Assembly (NCBI GenBank): GCA_027459725.1
Contig: DAIDHK010000002.1
Span: forward strand, 35,752 to 99,751
Length of the DNA stretch: 64,000 nt
Direction: 5' to 3'
Source of the DNA: Candidatus Levyibacteriota bacterium
GTDB taxonomy: Bacteria > Patescibacteriota > Microgenomatia > Levybacterales > UBA12049
Part shown: positions 10,257 to 19,984 of the stretch, in pieces
How positions within the stretch are numbered: the first letter of the stretch is position 1
Layout of the letters: every line of letters begins with the position of its first letter
Translations under genes and position numbers: made by a program
The notes under the pieces: model-generated
What the model saw: only the letters and a program-made list of their open reading frames with translations
Told to the model about the DNA's origin: nothing
Databases searched by the model: none

Positions 10257-11042
10257 ATGGCAATAGCCGAATCAGAGTTATTAAGAGCACAAAGATTTTT
10301 GGGGCATATTAGAAGAGAATATGGTGCTCCTAAATCCTTCCGCTCGACCACAGATTCACCTACAATAACCTATCAAAGTACTGATAATCGTGGATTAGGA
10401 AAAGTTCGGAGCATACGACGATTAATTCTTCCAGATCCACTAGATGTTCGGGACGACTCAAATGCTTTTTTTTCTGAATGGGCAACAAAAATTTGTTTAG
10501 AGAATCTGCTTAAACAGTATAATATGGTAGTTAACTTTGCTCCTCCAGATCTTGAAAGACCCGATATGACAAGAAAAGGTGTGGATATAATTATTGCTGA
10601 AAAAAACGCGGATAACGAATTAATCCCAATGTTAGGAATAGATATTAAGTTACGTGAATTGGACTCGGTTTATTCTACGGAACGCCATGCATTTGACACA
10701 AAACTTATTGCTCCCGCAATTCATGTTTCATTAGGTAATTGGACGATTAATACGAGAGAACAAGAAGCAGTTAAAATTAGAGAATGGACATCTGATGTAG
10801 CATGTCCAAATATACTAAGATCAGGAAAATTACCACATCTGGAAGAGTTAACTAAACATATTTGCAAACGAGTTGATTATACTCTTAGCACATACGTTGC
10901 TAAGACTAACGGCCATATAACAAATACCTATATCCCCACACCGGAAGAAAAGCATCTCTTTCCAATTTTTGGTAAGAACTTTGATACTTTCTATGAAAAA
11001 TTACTAGTTATGCAAACTATCTTTACAAATTTAAATCACTAA
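10257..11042 (+). CDS. Hypothetical protein, possible PD-(D/E)xK-like fold
   Basis: 261-aa ORF with an upstream TTGCAA..TATAAT promoter-like pair; KGVDIII...GIDIK pattern. Confidence 0.6.
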   Translation: MAIAESELLRAQRFLGHIRREYGAPKSFRSTTDSPTITYQSTDNRGLGKVRSIRRLILPDPLDVRDDSNAFFSEWATKICLENLLKQYNMVVNFAPPDLERPDMTRKGVDIIIAEKNADNELIPMLGIDIKLRELDSVYSTERHAFDTKLIAPAIHVSLGNWTINTREQEAVKIREWTSDVACPNILRSGKLPHLEELTKHICKRVDYTLSTYVAKTNGHITNTYIPTPEEKHLFPIFGKNFDTFYEKLLVMQTIFTNLNH

Positions 11043-11507
11043 TTCATCTTGGTGATGATTTATCCAAGCTCTATGTGCTGAATAGCCCGGCATTACTTTC
11101 CTAACTTGTATCCAGAAGTTTTGTGAATGATTTTTTACCATCGTATGAGCTAATTCATGCACGACTACAGAATCCAATACTGCAGGGGGTACCATAATTA
11201 ACCGCCAATTAAATTGCAGGCGATTATCATGTGTACATGCACCCCATCTCGATTTTGTGTCAACTACTGATACTGACCCATAATTTACATTCATTCTGTA
11301 CGCATAATACTCAACTCTTTTTTTTATGTGTTGTAATGACTGTTGCAAATACCAGACTTTTAGTTCTTTTTGAACTCTAAACTTTAAAAATTGAGGAAAA
11401 AATAAAAAATTGTTTAAAATATGGATTGATTTATAATTACCAAACATTAATTTACGCTGTTCACCTAAAAATAAGAACTCTTCACCCTCTATATATTTTT
11501 TTATCAT
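11031..11507 (-). CDS. YgjP/DUF45-like (M48/SprT-type) zinc metallohydrolase
   Basis: KSRWGAC, FNWRL, VVVHELAH, NHSQNFW. Confidence 0.88.
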   Translation of the reverse strand: MIKKYIEGEEFLFLGEQRKLMFGNYKSIHILNNFLFFPQFLKFRVQKELKVWYLQQSLQHIKKRVEYYAYRMNVNYGSVSVVDTKSRWGACTHDNRLQFNWRLIMVPPAVLDSVVVHELAHTMVKNHSQNFWIQVRKVMPGYSAHRAWINHHQDELVI

Positions 11508-11821
11508 CTATTAATTATACCCTAATCAGAAAACTACAAATGACATACTAAACCGCATTAGATATAAATCACATATGCCTACCGAAAGAATCAGAACTCC
11601 ATATGATATCGTTTTAAATAAATCAGTTACTTTTATTAATATCCAGAATCTTTCAATAACAATTATACTTTTTTCCTACAGCACCATGAGCATAGAAGTT
11701 ACAACTCCTCTAGGATATTCCACTTTAATCTTAACAGTCTCCATTCCAAATATCATTGGCTTGGGAGGATACTAATTAAGCGTGCAGAAAAAGGAAGACG
11801 TTAGCAAAATCTTATCTTTAT

Positions 11822-11998
11822 TCAACAGATTTTTTCAATTTCTTCATAATATAAATTATTAAAGAGAAAATGCATTTGATTTTCAAATTGCCTTCTATAT
11901 ATTTTTGGATTAAACATTAATAGACAACTGAATAACTTCTCTGCCCTCTCTGGTACTGATATTGGCCTTGTATCATATTTAAGTGAAAAATAAGTCAA
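11822..11998 (-). pseudogene. Remnant of a PadR-associated membrane protein
   Basis: Manual translation gives ...AEKLFSCLLMFNPKIYRRQFENQMHFLF...*. This resembles the N-terminal 'LL-LYP--FR--F--EM' motif of PadR partner proteins, and it lies directly downstream of padR. Confidence 0.5.
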
Positions 11999-12007
11999 AA
12001 ATATTAA

Positions 12008-12337
12008 TTAATAAAGTGTGTTTTTTGCTAACTCAACTGTCTCATGAAATCTTTTCATTTCTTTGGCAAATATACCTCTACTTTTTTCAGTTAACTAATA
12101 ATATTTACGTTTGGAGAGATGGATGTCAGTCTCTCGAATCATTTTATCCTCCAACATGCGCTTAATAGCGCCATATAAACTACCAAATCCCAATTTAACT
12201 TTTCCATAAGAGTCTGCTTCAATCTGTTTCAAAATGTCATATCCATGACGATTCTGCGTAACCAGTGAAAGCAAAATATAAAAAATAGCCGGAGTTAAAG
12301 AATTATTTTGCTCTAAAAATTGTCTAAGTTTACTCAT
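12008..12337 (-). pseudogene. PadR-family transcriptional regulator with an in-frame TAG at 12095-12097
   Basis: ILLSL-RHGYDI-GSLYGAIKRM-RKYY*LTEKSRGIFAKEMKRF; the frame continues past the stop with the canonical PadR C-terminal helix. Confidence 0.85.
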
Positions 12338-12345
12338 GAATCTCC

Positions 12346-12371
12346 TATATCGTAATTCGATATATTGTCAA
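12346..12371 (-). promoter_or_regulatory. PadR-type operator palindrome next to a TTGACA -35 box
   Basis: TATATCG-TAATT-CGATATA inverted repeat at 12346-12364 just upstream of the padR SD (AGGAGA); TTGACA on the minus strand at 12366-12371. Confidence 0.65.
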
Positions 12372-12468
12372 TAGATATATAAAGATACTCAGCTTTTTAG
12401 TTCAGCAAAAGACTGTAACTTTGTCACTTGAGATTGATTTTTGCCAGTTTTGGGCATATACTCCAGCT

Positions 12469-13125
12469 ATGGAAAGACTAAAATTTTCCCCAAACCAAGA
12501 TATTATCAGTAAAACTCTTACTACTGGTGTCACCATTGAGGCTAAAATAGAGCTACCAACCACTATTATGGCTTCGGATACAGCCAATCATGAAGCCAAA
12601 CACGTAGTTGCAGCAGGTGAAATTGAAGAAGCGAGCATTGTCCCAAGAGGAAACGCGTTAGGTATTACAAGACCAAAAGTTTTGACGGCTGCCGCCGCCG
12701 CTGCTCCAGCAGCAGATGGACATGATGGTTATGGCTGGGACAAAAGAATAACAGTAACATATCTGGGAGTTAACTGGGAATCTGCACTAAGTATGGGACG
12801 TCAGGCTCTTGCAGGTAAAACCAGACTGGTGGGATTGATCGCTGCACAACTAGACAGAAAAGGTACTATATATCAGACAGATGTAGATAAAGCAAAACAA
12901 AAATTTGAAGACGAAAACAATGGTATGTATTATGCGTTCGTTCGCATAATAAGCTCTGATGGAAAGATTAGATTAATACAGAAAAAAACTTATCAACACG
13001 AATTAAAAATAAATAAAAAAGAATTACCTATAAACACGACAGGAGAATCAAACAAAAAACAGTCCAATATAAGTTACTATTCAAATATAAATAATCAAGC
13101 TAAAATAATTCCATTCAAACCATGA
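12469..13125 (+). CDS. Stand-alone FtsH/M41-like zinc peptidase domain protein
   Basis: TANHEAKHVVA (HExxH), SIVPRGNALG, GYGWD; start at 12469 supported by TTGATT-17-TATACT-6-ATG. Confidence 0.6.
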   Translation: MERLKFSPNQDIISKTLTTGVTIEAKIELPTTIMASDTANHEAKHVVAAGEIEEASIVPRGNALGITRPKVLTAAAAAAPAADGHDGYGWDKRITVTYLGVNWESALSMGRQALAGKTRLVGLIAAQLDRKGTIYQTDVDKAKQKFEDENNGMYYAFVRIISSDGKIRLIQKKTYQHELKINKKELPINTTGESNKKQSNISYYSNINNQAKIIPFKP

Positions 13126-13392
13126 GAAGGCCATAAGATTTCGGCCTACTAATATCAAGTAAAAATGGAGAGGACGAAAACACCACTTCATTGGAAACTG
13201 CACTGAAGGTTTCCAAAACTTACCAAACGTACAGTAATTTAATTCATACTTATATAATTGACTAAGGTAATATGTTTAATCAGATCTCAGGTATAGGTAT
13301 AAAAGGAGAGTCAGGTAGGTTTAATTTAGTAGGGATTGATCTTAATTGTTTAATCGTAGAAATAATCTTAAATATAAGTTAGCTTAACCCTA

Positions 13393-14364
13393 TTAATTTT
13401 GACTTACACCCAAGTATCGATGTCTTAATCTAAATTCTTCAAAATACTCTGTTAATCCAGGAATAATATCTGATAAATGAACTAATTTGCCCTTTACTTT
13501 TACCCACGGATCAACAAATCTGGGTTTGTTCGGACCCAGAAATTCAGCACTTTCTTCTCCGGAATAATGGAAATACTTACCTGGCTTTAAACGTAGTAAA
13601 TAGTTATCAATATCGTCATTATGGGCAGATTTTAATTTCTTCATGACATAATCATCTGTTTTAAACAAATCATCTTCTGTTAAGTACCCTTTCTTTAAGG
13701 CGATTTTAATCGACTCTGCTAGGAGAAAGAACGATCCATGAGAAGTGGGATCAAGCCAAATCAAACGAGAAGAATTCATAAACATGATTGCGAACAAACT
13801 TGCAATTTTAACATCTGTAAAATAAAATCGTTGTTTCTCTTCTTTGATTGACTTAAGAAATAATCTAACCGTTTCAAGTGGAATAAGGTCGAATGTATAA
13901 CCATCACGCATAAAGTAATCCCAACGATCCACAGAAATATCAGGTAATTTGTTATCTAATAAGTAAAAATGTTCTTTATGTAAAACTTTTTCGATGTTTA
14001 ACCCATGCCTTTGACAGATAGCCGGAATTTCGGAATTAAGAATGACTTGTTTAGTAAATTTATCATGAAACTCATGATTTTCGTCATGCATAACAAAATC
14101 AATTACATGAGAGAAAGCTGTATGGGGTACATCATGTAAAAGAGAGGCAACCTGTTCTTCAAGCGGACGATTAAACTTATTGGATAAATACCATGCTCCT
14201 ACACTATGTTCAAATCTCGTTTCATCTCTAAACGGTTCTATGAAGTGAACAGCTCCATCCTGGCTAATTTTTTTTAAACGCTGAAGAGGTTGTGAATTTA
14301 TTAAGTCGATTATTAACTTGTTCTCTATATTAATCGTACCGTATATTCTGTCGTTAATAATCAT
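13393..14364 (-). CDS. HD-domain phosphohydrolase (dNTPase/SAMHD1-like family)
   Basis: DRIYG, LQRLKKISQ, RFEHSVG, LLHDVPHTAFSH, DRWDYFMRD. Confidence 0.9.
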   Translation of the reverse strand: MIINDRIYGTINIENKLIIDLINSQPLQRLKKISQDGAVHFIEPFRDETRFEHSVGAWYLSNKFNRPLEEQVASLLHDVPHTAFSHVIDFVMHDENHEFHDKFTKQVILNSEIPAICQRHGLNIEKVLHKEHFYLLDNKLPDISVDRWDYFMRDGYTFDLIPLETVRLFLKSIKEEKQRFYFTDVKIASLFAIMFMNSSRLIWLDPTSHGSFFLLAESIKIALKKGYLTEDDLFKTDDYVMKKLKSAHNDDIDNYLLRLKPGKYFHYSGEESAEFLGPNKPRFVDPWVKVKGKLVHLSDIIPGLTEYFEEFRLRHRYLGVSQN

Positions 14365-14393
14365 GTTAGCATTATATCATTCGAGAAAAATTT

Positions 14394-14945
14394 TTATTGA
14401 ATCGAATTAATAATATCCAACAATAAAGGAAACTCTTTTTTGTAAATAGTGTCACTATTAAAATGCCCTCCATGGGGAATTACAATTGGATCAACATTTA
14501 GATCCTTCGCCAATAATCTTAAATTGTGTTGTGGAACATGTGGATCGTCATCTGCATAAATCACAAAACATTTTTGTACATGTTCTTTTACTTTAATAAA
14601 ATCTATTGTTTTCTCTTTCATGAAAAAGTTATTAATAGAACTTCCATAATTATCAGAAAAACCTGAGACAGATATAAAAGCCTTAATTTTACCTCCCACC
14701 TCTTCCAAAAAATCTAATGCAGCCGGTACTCCCAAGGAGTGTCCAACAATAATTAATTCAGAGATATTAACATCCTTCACTGCAGTTTTAATTTCATGTA
14801 ACCATTCTTTCCGGTTTGGATGATCTGATTTAGGTAGAGAAGGCATGATAACCTGATATTCTTCATTAACCAATTCATCACGAAGCCACTTTTGCCAATG
14901 TATTCCGGCATATCCAGAAACTCCATGTAAGATTAAGACAGTCAT
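14394..14945 (-). CDS. RBBP9/YdeN-family alpha/beta serine hydrolase
   Basis: ILHG, HWQKWL, VGHSLG, DDPHVP, GGHFN. Confidence 0.9.
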   Translation of the reverse strand: MTVLILHGVSGYAGIHWQKWLRDELVNEEYQVIMPSLPKSDHPNRKEWLHEIKTAVKDVNISELIIVGHSLGVPAALDFLEEVGGKIKAFISVSGFSDNYGSSINNFFMKEKTIDFIKVKEHVQKCFVIYADDDPHVPQHNLRLLAKDLNVDPIVIPHGGHFNSDTIYKKEFPLLLDIINSIQ

Positions 14946-15012
14946 GTTTCAAGTATAGACTTACACAATACTTTTAACAATACAAAATGTTTTTATGTTA
15001 CGTATAAAAGAT

Positions 15013-15174
15013 TTATTTATGTTTAGGTACCTTCGCTCCCTCCTGTCTGGCCTTAGATAATACAATAGCAATTAATTGTTGGGAATTTTTCACTTTCTGA
15101 CTGCCATTTTTTAATTTACAGTCATGCATTGCATTCCTGACCTCTTTTTTTGCTTTTTTACCATATTTTGCTGT
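15013..15174 (-). pseudogene. Small basic DUF6496-like protein with a lost start codon (ACA in place of ATG)
   Basis: Manual translation: (T)AKYGKKAKKEVRNAMHDCKLKNGSQKVKNSQQLIAIVLSKARQEGAKVPKHK*. Confidence 0.6.
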
Positions 15175-15177
15175 GTT

Positions 15178-15230
15178 AAATAAAAATCCTACCGCTAAAT
15201 AGACTTACCCTTTGCCTACTTAGCGGTAGG
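15178..15230 (-). terminator. Rho-independent terminator
   Basis: Minus strand CCTACCGCTAAGTAGGC-AAAGGGTAA-GTCTATTTAGCGGTAGG (17-bp stem with 2 G-U pairs) followed by ATTTTTATTT, just after the 15243-15479 ORF. Confidence 0.8.
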
Positions 15231-15242
15231 CATTCCTGAGAC

Positions 15243-15479
15243 TTACTTTCTATATGAACGCTTGACATTTTTACCCTTATCCTCTCTAAAGTCTGGATTA
15301 TCATTAATGACATCCTGATCGTTTACAAAATCAGTCTCCTCGTAATTTCTAACCGCTTGTCCCCCTTTAGAACCTTTTGGTGAATAATTCAAACCATCTT
15401 CTCCTATGGGATTATCATAATCAATATTATCCAAATCATTTTCATCCAAATTAGATTCTATTTTTTTGTTCTTGGCCAT
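15243..15479 (-). CDS. Small acidic hydrophilic hypothetical protein
   Basis: Strong SD AGGAGGTGA upstream and terminator downstream; D/N/E-rich, contains GSKGGQA. Confidence 0.7.
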   Translation of the reverse strand: MAKNKKIESNLDENDLDNIDYDNPIGEDGLNYSPKGSKGGQAVRNYEETDFVNDQDVINDNPDFREDKGKNVKRSYRK

Positions 15480-15712
15480 TTTTTATCACCTCCTGTTTCA
15501 TTAACAGAATAATCATAATATTTATTAGTAAAATATAATTCGTAGTCAAGTAAGAGAGATATAAGAACTATAGAAGATAATTAGATTTATCAATTTAATG
15601 TATTACACTACCACCCTAAGATAATCTTTTACTATAACTATCATTATTTTCTTCAAAAATAATTAAGTAAATCAAAGCTTAGAATGAACTATAACGATGA
15701 GACATAAATAGA

Positions 15713-16288
15713 TCAAATAACATTCACACTAACTTTGTTCGCTCCCAGAGGCTGATACCAATTTGTTCCATCTTGTGTCCAGGTAACCCAAATATTCTCT
15801 ATCCCGGTAGTATTCCAGCTTCCGACGTTATTGGCTGTATAAGTTTGGCCGGGTGCTAAATTGATCCCCCAATCACATCCAAAATTTCCTGCAGTACTTT
15901 CAAAACACAATGCCTGAATCATCTTATTATAAGTAGCTACGTTTTTGACAGTCACGCTAAATGTAGCCCAATCATCGACTTGGATAGTTGACCGGTTAAC
16001 CGTAAGAGGAGACGACTCTGAAATATCATTTTGTGGTCCTCCATCATTTGTAGGTAAAGGTGTGTAATTAAAAGAATTAGTAATTGGAGTAGGAATGGAG
16101 TTAATACTAGAAGTGGATAAATTATTTGTACCTGAGGAATTAGCGGGAATAGTTGTTGAGGAAGACGTTGACAATGATGAGGTTGAGGATGAAATTTGCT
16201 GCGCGTGAGCAAATGGATTATAAAAGAACAAATTTAATCCAATCATTAACCCCAAAACAAAAAACAACATAAATTCTTTTTTTGCCAT
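15713..16288 (-). CDS. Secreted protein: signal peptide, Ser/Thr-rich linker, C-terminal Ig-like domain
   Basis: N-terminal hydrophobic segment ending AHA; S/T tract; FSVTVKN...LAPGQTY beta-sandwich pattern. Confidence 0.7.
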   Translation of the reverse strand: MAKKEFMLFFVLGLMIGLNLFFYNPFAHAQQISSSTSSLSTSSSTTIPANSSGTNNLSTSSINSIPTPITNSFNYTPLPTNDGGPQNDISESSPLTVNRSTIQVDDWATFSVTVKNVATYNKMIQALCFESTAGNFGCDWGINLAPGQTYTANNVGSWNTTGIENIWVTWTQDGTNWYQPLGANKVSVNVI

Positions 16289-16479
16289 ATACTAATTAAC
16301 CCGTATTATGCTTAATGAAAATAATGATATGAAGATAAATTGGTAAAATAAACGTAAGAGAAAGGTTTTTTTAAAATTTAGTAGTTGATGATTGTAAGAG
16401 GAATTATTGGCGATGCATCCTAAAGGTCTTCGATTTGGTATATCAGTTGGTATAGAGGGATTTATTTGTACACTCTCAG

Positions 16480-16828
16480 CTCTTAAACATCCCCCACTAT
16501 TTAATTTACCCATACCAGCAATAAGATCCTTAACAAAAGACTGTGCTCCTATACCAACCACAATTCCAATCACACCTGCCGAAGCCAGCAGTGGTGCTAT
16601 GTTAAGATAATAAAAGTTATATGTAATGTAATATACAAAAGTATAATAGTAATCACATTACGTAATACTATTACATAGATTTTCCCTCTCCTAACATTTA
16701 ATAAAGATGGGACTTTAATCAAAGATCTTAGAATAGCATTGAGAAATAAAGCTATGATAATCGTTATTAAGATAATTACAACTTCACAAACACCTTTGGA
16801 AGATAAATTAAAAAATTACATCAGCCAT
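16480..16828 (-). pseudogene. Mechanosensitive channel MscS fragment (frameshifted, truncated)
   Basis: LNIAPLLASAGVIGIVVGIGAQSFVKDLIAG (MscS TM3 motif) preceded by frameshifted TM segments; ends are approximate. Confidence 0.7.
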
Positions 16829-16893
16829 ATTTTTACAGACGGGAGTTAGATTTGATCGATGATAAAAAAGTAAGAGTTAAGTAGATATTCTGA

Positions 16894-17448
16894 TTATTTT
16901 TTTAACCAATCTCGGACTGAAATCACTTCTGCTTGACGTGGGAATATTTTTGTAAGTAATACATTATGAACTTCTTCATCATTATCGGCACAACAGTCTG
17001 ATAAAACTGTTAATTTATAATCCTTATCCGCTGCCTCCCGTATTGTAGAAAGCACAACTCCGCTGGTAGAAATGCCACATAGTACCAAATGATTAATTTG
17101 TTGTCCACGTAATACAACTTCTAAATCGCTTCCTGTAAATGCACTTATTCTTCTTTTAACTACGACAATATCATTTTTTTCTGGAGTTATATCAGGTAAT
17201 ATCTCGCTAAGAGCTAGATCAGAAAAACGATTTGGATTCGCTTTTATGATCGAGAAAGATTTATTATTCTCACTTATTTCAGGAAAGCCCGGACGGAATG
17301 TAACACGTACATAAATAATCTTCATAGATGCTATTCTTGCAGTTTTAATTGCTAATTTAATATTTTCTATCAATTTTTCCTGACCCGAAACATTTTTGAC
17401 AATATTATTTTGTACATCCATTACCAGGAGAGCACTCTTATTATTCAT
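16894..17448 (-). CDS. Isochorismatase-family cysteine hydrolase
   Basis: ALLVMDVQN, KRRISAFTGSDL, GISTSGVVLSTIREAADKDY. Confidence 0.9.
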   Translation of the reverse strand: MNNKSALLVMDVQNNIVKNVSGQEKLIENIKLAIKTARIASMKIIYVRVTFRPGFPEISENNKSFSIIKANPNRFSDLALSEILPDITPEKNDIVVVKRRISAFTGSDLEVVLRGQQINHLVLCGISTSGVVLSTIREAADKDYKLTVLSDCCADNDEEVHNVLLTKIFPRQAEVISVRDWLKK

Positions 17449-17842
17449 AATTTATATTCTACCATGAAATATAAATAAAATCATAATAATAATATACCAT
17501 CACTGTGGTGTAATTGGTTGAGTTGACATATCCCAAATCTGAATTTCTGTAATCTGAGAATTATTGCAAGTCTGTATGTTCTGTATAGCATTGTGATTAT
17601 ATGAATTAACAAAAGTAACCTCATTTACGGACGATATCGCATAGATAAACTTTACAGGAGTCAGTATAGTTGCAGTACTACATTGAGGACCATCGGGAGA
17701 ATGAACTTGCGAATAGATTATTTGTCCGGGATATAGTGTAAGAGTCGGCTTAGGAATGGCACCTAGATCAATAACTTTTATGTTACTGACTTTTTGTATA
17801 TCATATGATACTTGAATGTAAGTTGCTACTATAGACAGTTAA

Positions 17843-18126
17843 TTATTGAAATATTTTTTTATGTCTAAATGTTCCATATACATTGCCAGCTCCTGGACTA
17901 AAATATGCATTAGATTGTAACTGACTTGGAATACAATAAAAGACCGCAGCGTAAATTTTTTCGGATGAGACGTTGGGAGAATTATTAGGTGAAATTAATA
18001 CATTGGGTGTGAGACTGAGAGTCAAATTATTAGACATTACATTATCTAACAAAGTATAAACAAATCCAAAAACTACTAATAAAATTATTATGAGAATTGT
18101 TTGTGTCCTTCTTAAAAAAGACTCAA
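17843..18126 (-). pseudogene. Degraded membrane-anchored or secreted hypothetical protein
   Basis: The frame extends upstream to TTG at 18126 with an N-terminal TM segment; downstream sequence is broken by stops. Confidence 0.3.
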
Positions 18127-18226
18127 TATCAAATAGTATTTATTAAATGTATAATCTGTATAAGAAAAATGGGGATATATCTTGAGAATATGAAAATACC
18201 TTCTATATTCTTGTTATAATAAATTT

Positions 18227-18478
18227 ATGCAAAAAAGAAGCAAGATCATAGTTAGCGCTCACGAACTAAATAACTACGTGTTTTGCAAACGAGTATGGTG
18301 GTTAAGATTTCATGGTTTTGATCAGGAATCTAACAAGTTAGAACTTGGTACACTAAGACACGATCGTTTAGTATGGCAAGCGCTAATATCACGTAAAATA
18401 TTTATTGTGGGTTTCATACTCTTAATTATTGGCCTTGTAATTCTTGTTTATGCTTTATTATCTAATCTCAATTTATAA
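18227..18478 (+). CDS. Cas4-like N-terminal segment with a C-terminal transmembrane helix
   Basis: SAHELNNYVFCKRVWWL...GTLRH (Cas4 first-Cys and G-x3-H motifs), then IFIVGFILLIIGLVILVYALL. Confidence 0.7.
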   Translation: MQKRSKIIVSAHELNNYVFCKRVWWLRFHGFDQESNKLELGTLRHDRLVWQALISRKIFIVGFILLIIGLVILVYALLSNLNL

Positions 18479-18479
18479 C

Positions 18480-18965
18480 ATGAATCCTCTCTTATTTATC
18501 TCATTTATCATTATAATATCTGGTGTAATACTAATTTTTGTTTTCAACTTTTTAGAAAATATACTTGGATCCTTGACTGGTAAAATTATCTACCATGATG
18601 CCACTCAACTTCCGGGGAAGACACTAAGAGCTAAAACTTTGCCCCTAATTGGTAAACCAGATTATATCTTAAAAGAAAACGGAGAATACTTACCTTTGGA
18701 ATTTAAAAGTGGAAAAACACCAAAACACCCATATTCTAGCCATAAAGCACAACTTATGGCTTATTGCCTTCTGATAGAAGAAAATTATCATCATCGTCCT
18801 TCTGTTGGTATTTTAAAATACCCTCAAAAAGAATTTAGAATTAAATATACTATCGAAGAAGAATCTTTAACAAGACGATTAGTCAATGAAATAATACATT
18901 TAAAAATAAGTGGTGAAGAACCACATTGTGATCACCCTCAACATAACGTTAATCTAATTGATTAA
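18480..18965 (+). CDS. Cas4-like PD-(D/E)xK (RecB-type) nuclease core with an N-terminal transmembrane helix
   Basis: LLFISFIIIISGVILIFVF TM; LIGKPDYI, PLEFKSG, HKAQLMAYCLLIEE; ATG 1 nt after the upstream stop. Confidence 0.8.
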   Translation: MNPLLFISFIIIISGVILIFVFNFLENILGSLTGKIIYHDATQLPGKTLRAKTLPLIGKPDYILKENGEYLPLEFKSGKTPKHPYSSHKAQLMAYCLLIEENYHHRPSVGILKYPQKEFRIKYTIEEESLTRRLVNEIIHLKISGEEPHCDHPQHNVNLID

Positions 18966-19332
18966 TTAATATTCAAGACAAAGAAAATAGATTACTCCGT
19001 TTTACTTAATTGGTTGCTTTACATGTGTTACTGTATGCAAAGGGAACCCCTAGCTTTTTGCAATACTTCATGAAATAAGTTGTTAGCAACATGCAATATT
19101 CCATAAGTAGGTGCCATATTCTGCTCGATGTAATATGTTCGTAACCATAAACGAAGGAGCCCTTACACCTGTTCTATATATATCACTTCCTTAACTTACA
19201 ACATCTATCGTTTTGTCCCAACTGAAACGTTTATAGAGGCTATATATAAAAATTTTCAGCCATGTAATTTGAGGGCTAATATAAAGAAAAAGTCTTTTTA
19301 TGTAAAGATAGACTTAATAGAAAATATTTCTT

Positions 19333-19908
19333 TTAATTTTTTCCTAATCTAAAACTGACTGATATATATATTAACAATGAAATTATAAATAAGTAAACTG
19401 GAAAAGCTAAAGATGCATAAGTAAATGTTTTTAAAGTCATTATTGTTATAGTGGAGCTAATACTATTGGTTAAATAAGTCCAACCTTTCTCAGTATCTGG
19501 ATATCTGTATGCTTTAATCAATGTTGGTAAGGCAGCTAATCCATCTGCCAAAATACTAAAAGTTATGGCTATATTACCTACTTTAGTAATAAACCAAAAA
19601 ACTATACCTGCAACAGACAAGGCTCCACATATCAAATCGAACTTAGTAACATGCCATTCTGATTTTTTGTTGAAAAAAGAGGCAATAAAGATCAAAAGAG
19701 GTAAAAATCCCACAATGAAAGTCAGTAATGACTGAATCCCAACACCCTGTTGAATTTCAGCAAAGAATGCCACTAAGGGAGCAATCGCCCATAACAGATA
19801 AGTTATTTTATTCGGTTTTACTTTACCACTGATGGTATAAAATAAATAGCTTAATCCTCCAAGACCGGCAATAGCTACTGCTACATAGGTAAAATTTTCA
19901 TTCAGCAC
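19333..19908 (-). CDS. Integral membrane protein (6-7 TM), unknown function
   Basis: Hydrophobic throughout; KPNKITYLLW and ADGLAALPTLIKAY...E motifs. Confidence 0.75.
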   Translation of the reverse strand: MLNENFTYVAVAIAGLGGLSYLFYTISGKVKPNKITYLLWAIAPLVAFFAEIQQGVGIQSLLTFIVGFLPLLIFIASFFNKKSEWHVTKFDLICGALSVAGIVFWFITKVGNIAITFSILADGLAALPTLIKAYRYPDTEKGWTYLTNSISSTITIMTLKTFTYASLAFPVYLFIISLLIYISVSFRLGKN

Positions 19909-19984
19909 AGATTTATTATAACAATTAAACTACCAACCTGTAGAACCTATAATGCTGAGTCTTACTGGCGTCAATGAGGCACTT

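Noticed and set aside
3955-12097. Stop-codon reassignment or readthrough suggested by single in-frame stops (TAG in NUDIX and PadR, TAA in DinB, TGA in the epimerase remnant at ~27 kb)
   Set aside because: All three stop types occur as lesions, and all three end conserved genes at the expected place (ftsZ TAG, ileS TAA, murA and ftsW TGA). Pseudogenisation explains this better.
16292-16573. 93-aa ORF as a complete gene
   Set aside because: Only the first ~20 residues are MscS-like; the rest is read-through into unrelated sequence
17450-19330. CRISPR array or cas operon near the Cas4-like genes
   Set aside because: No regularly spaced direct repeats and no cas1/cas2 or effector genes are visible
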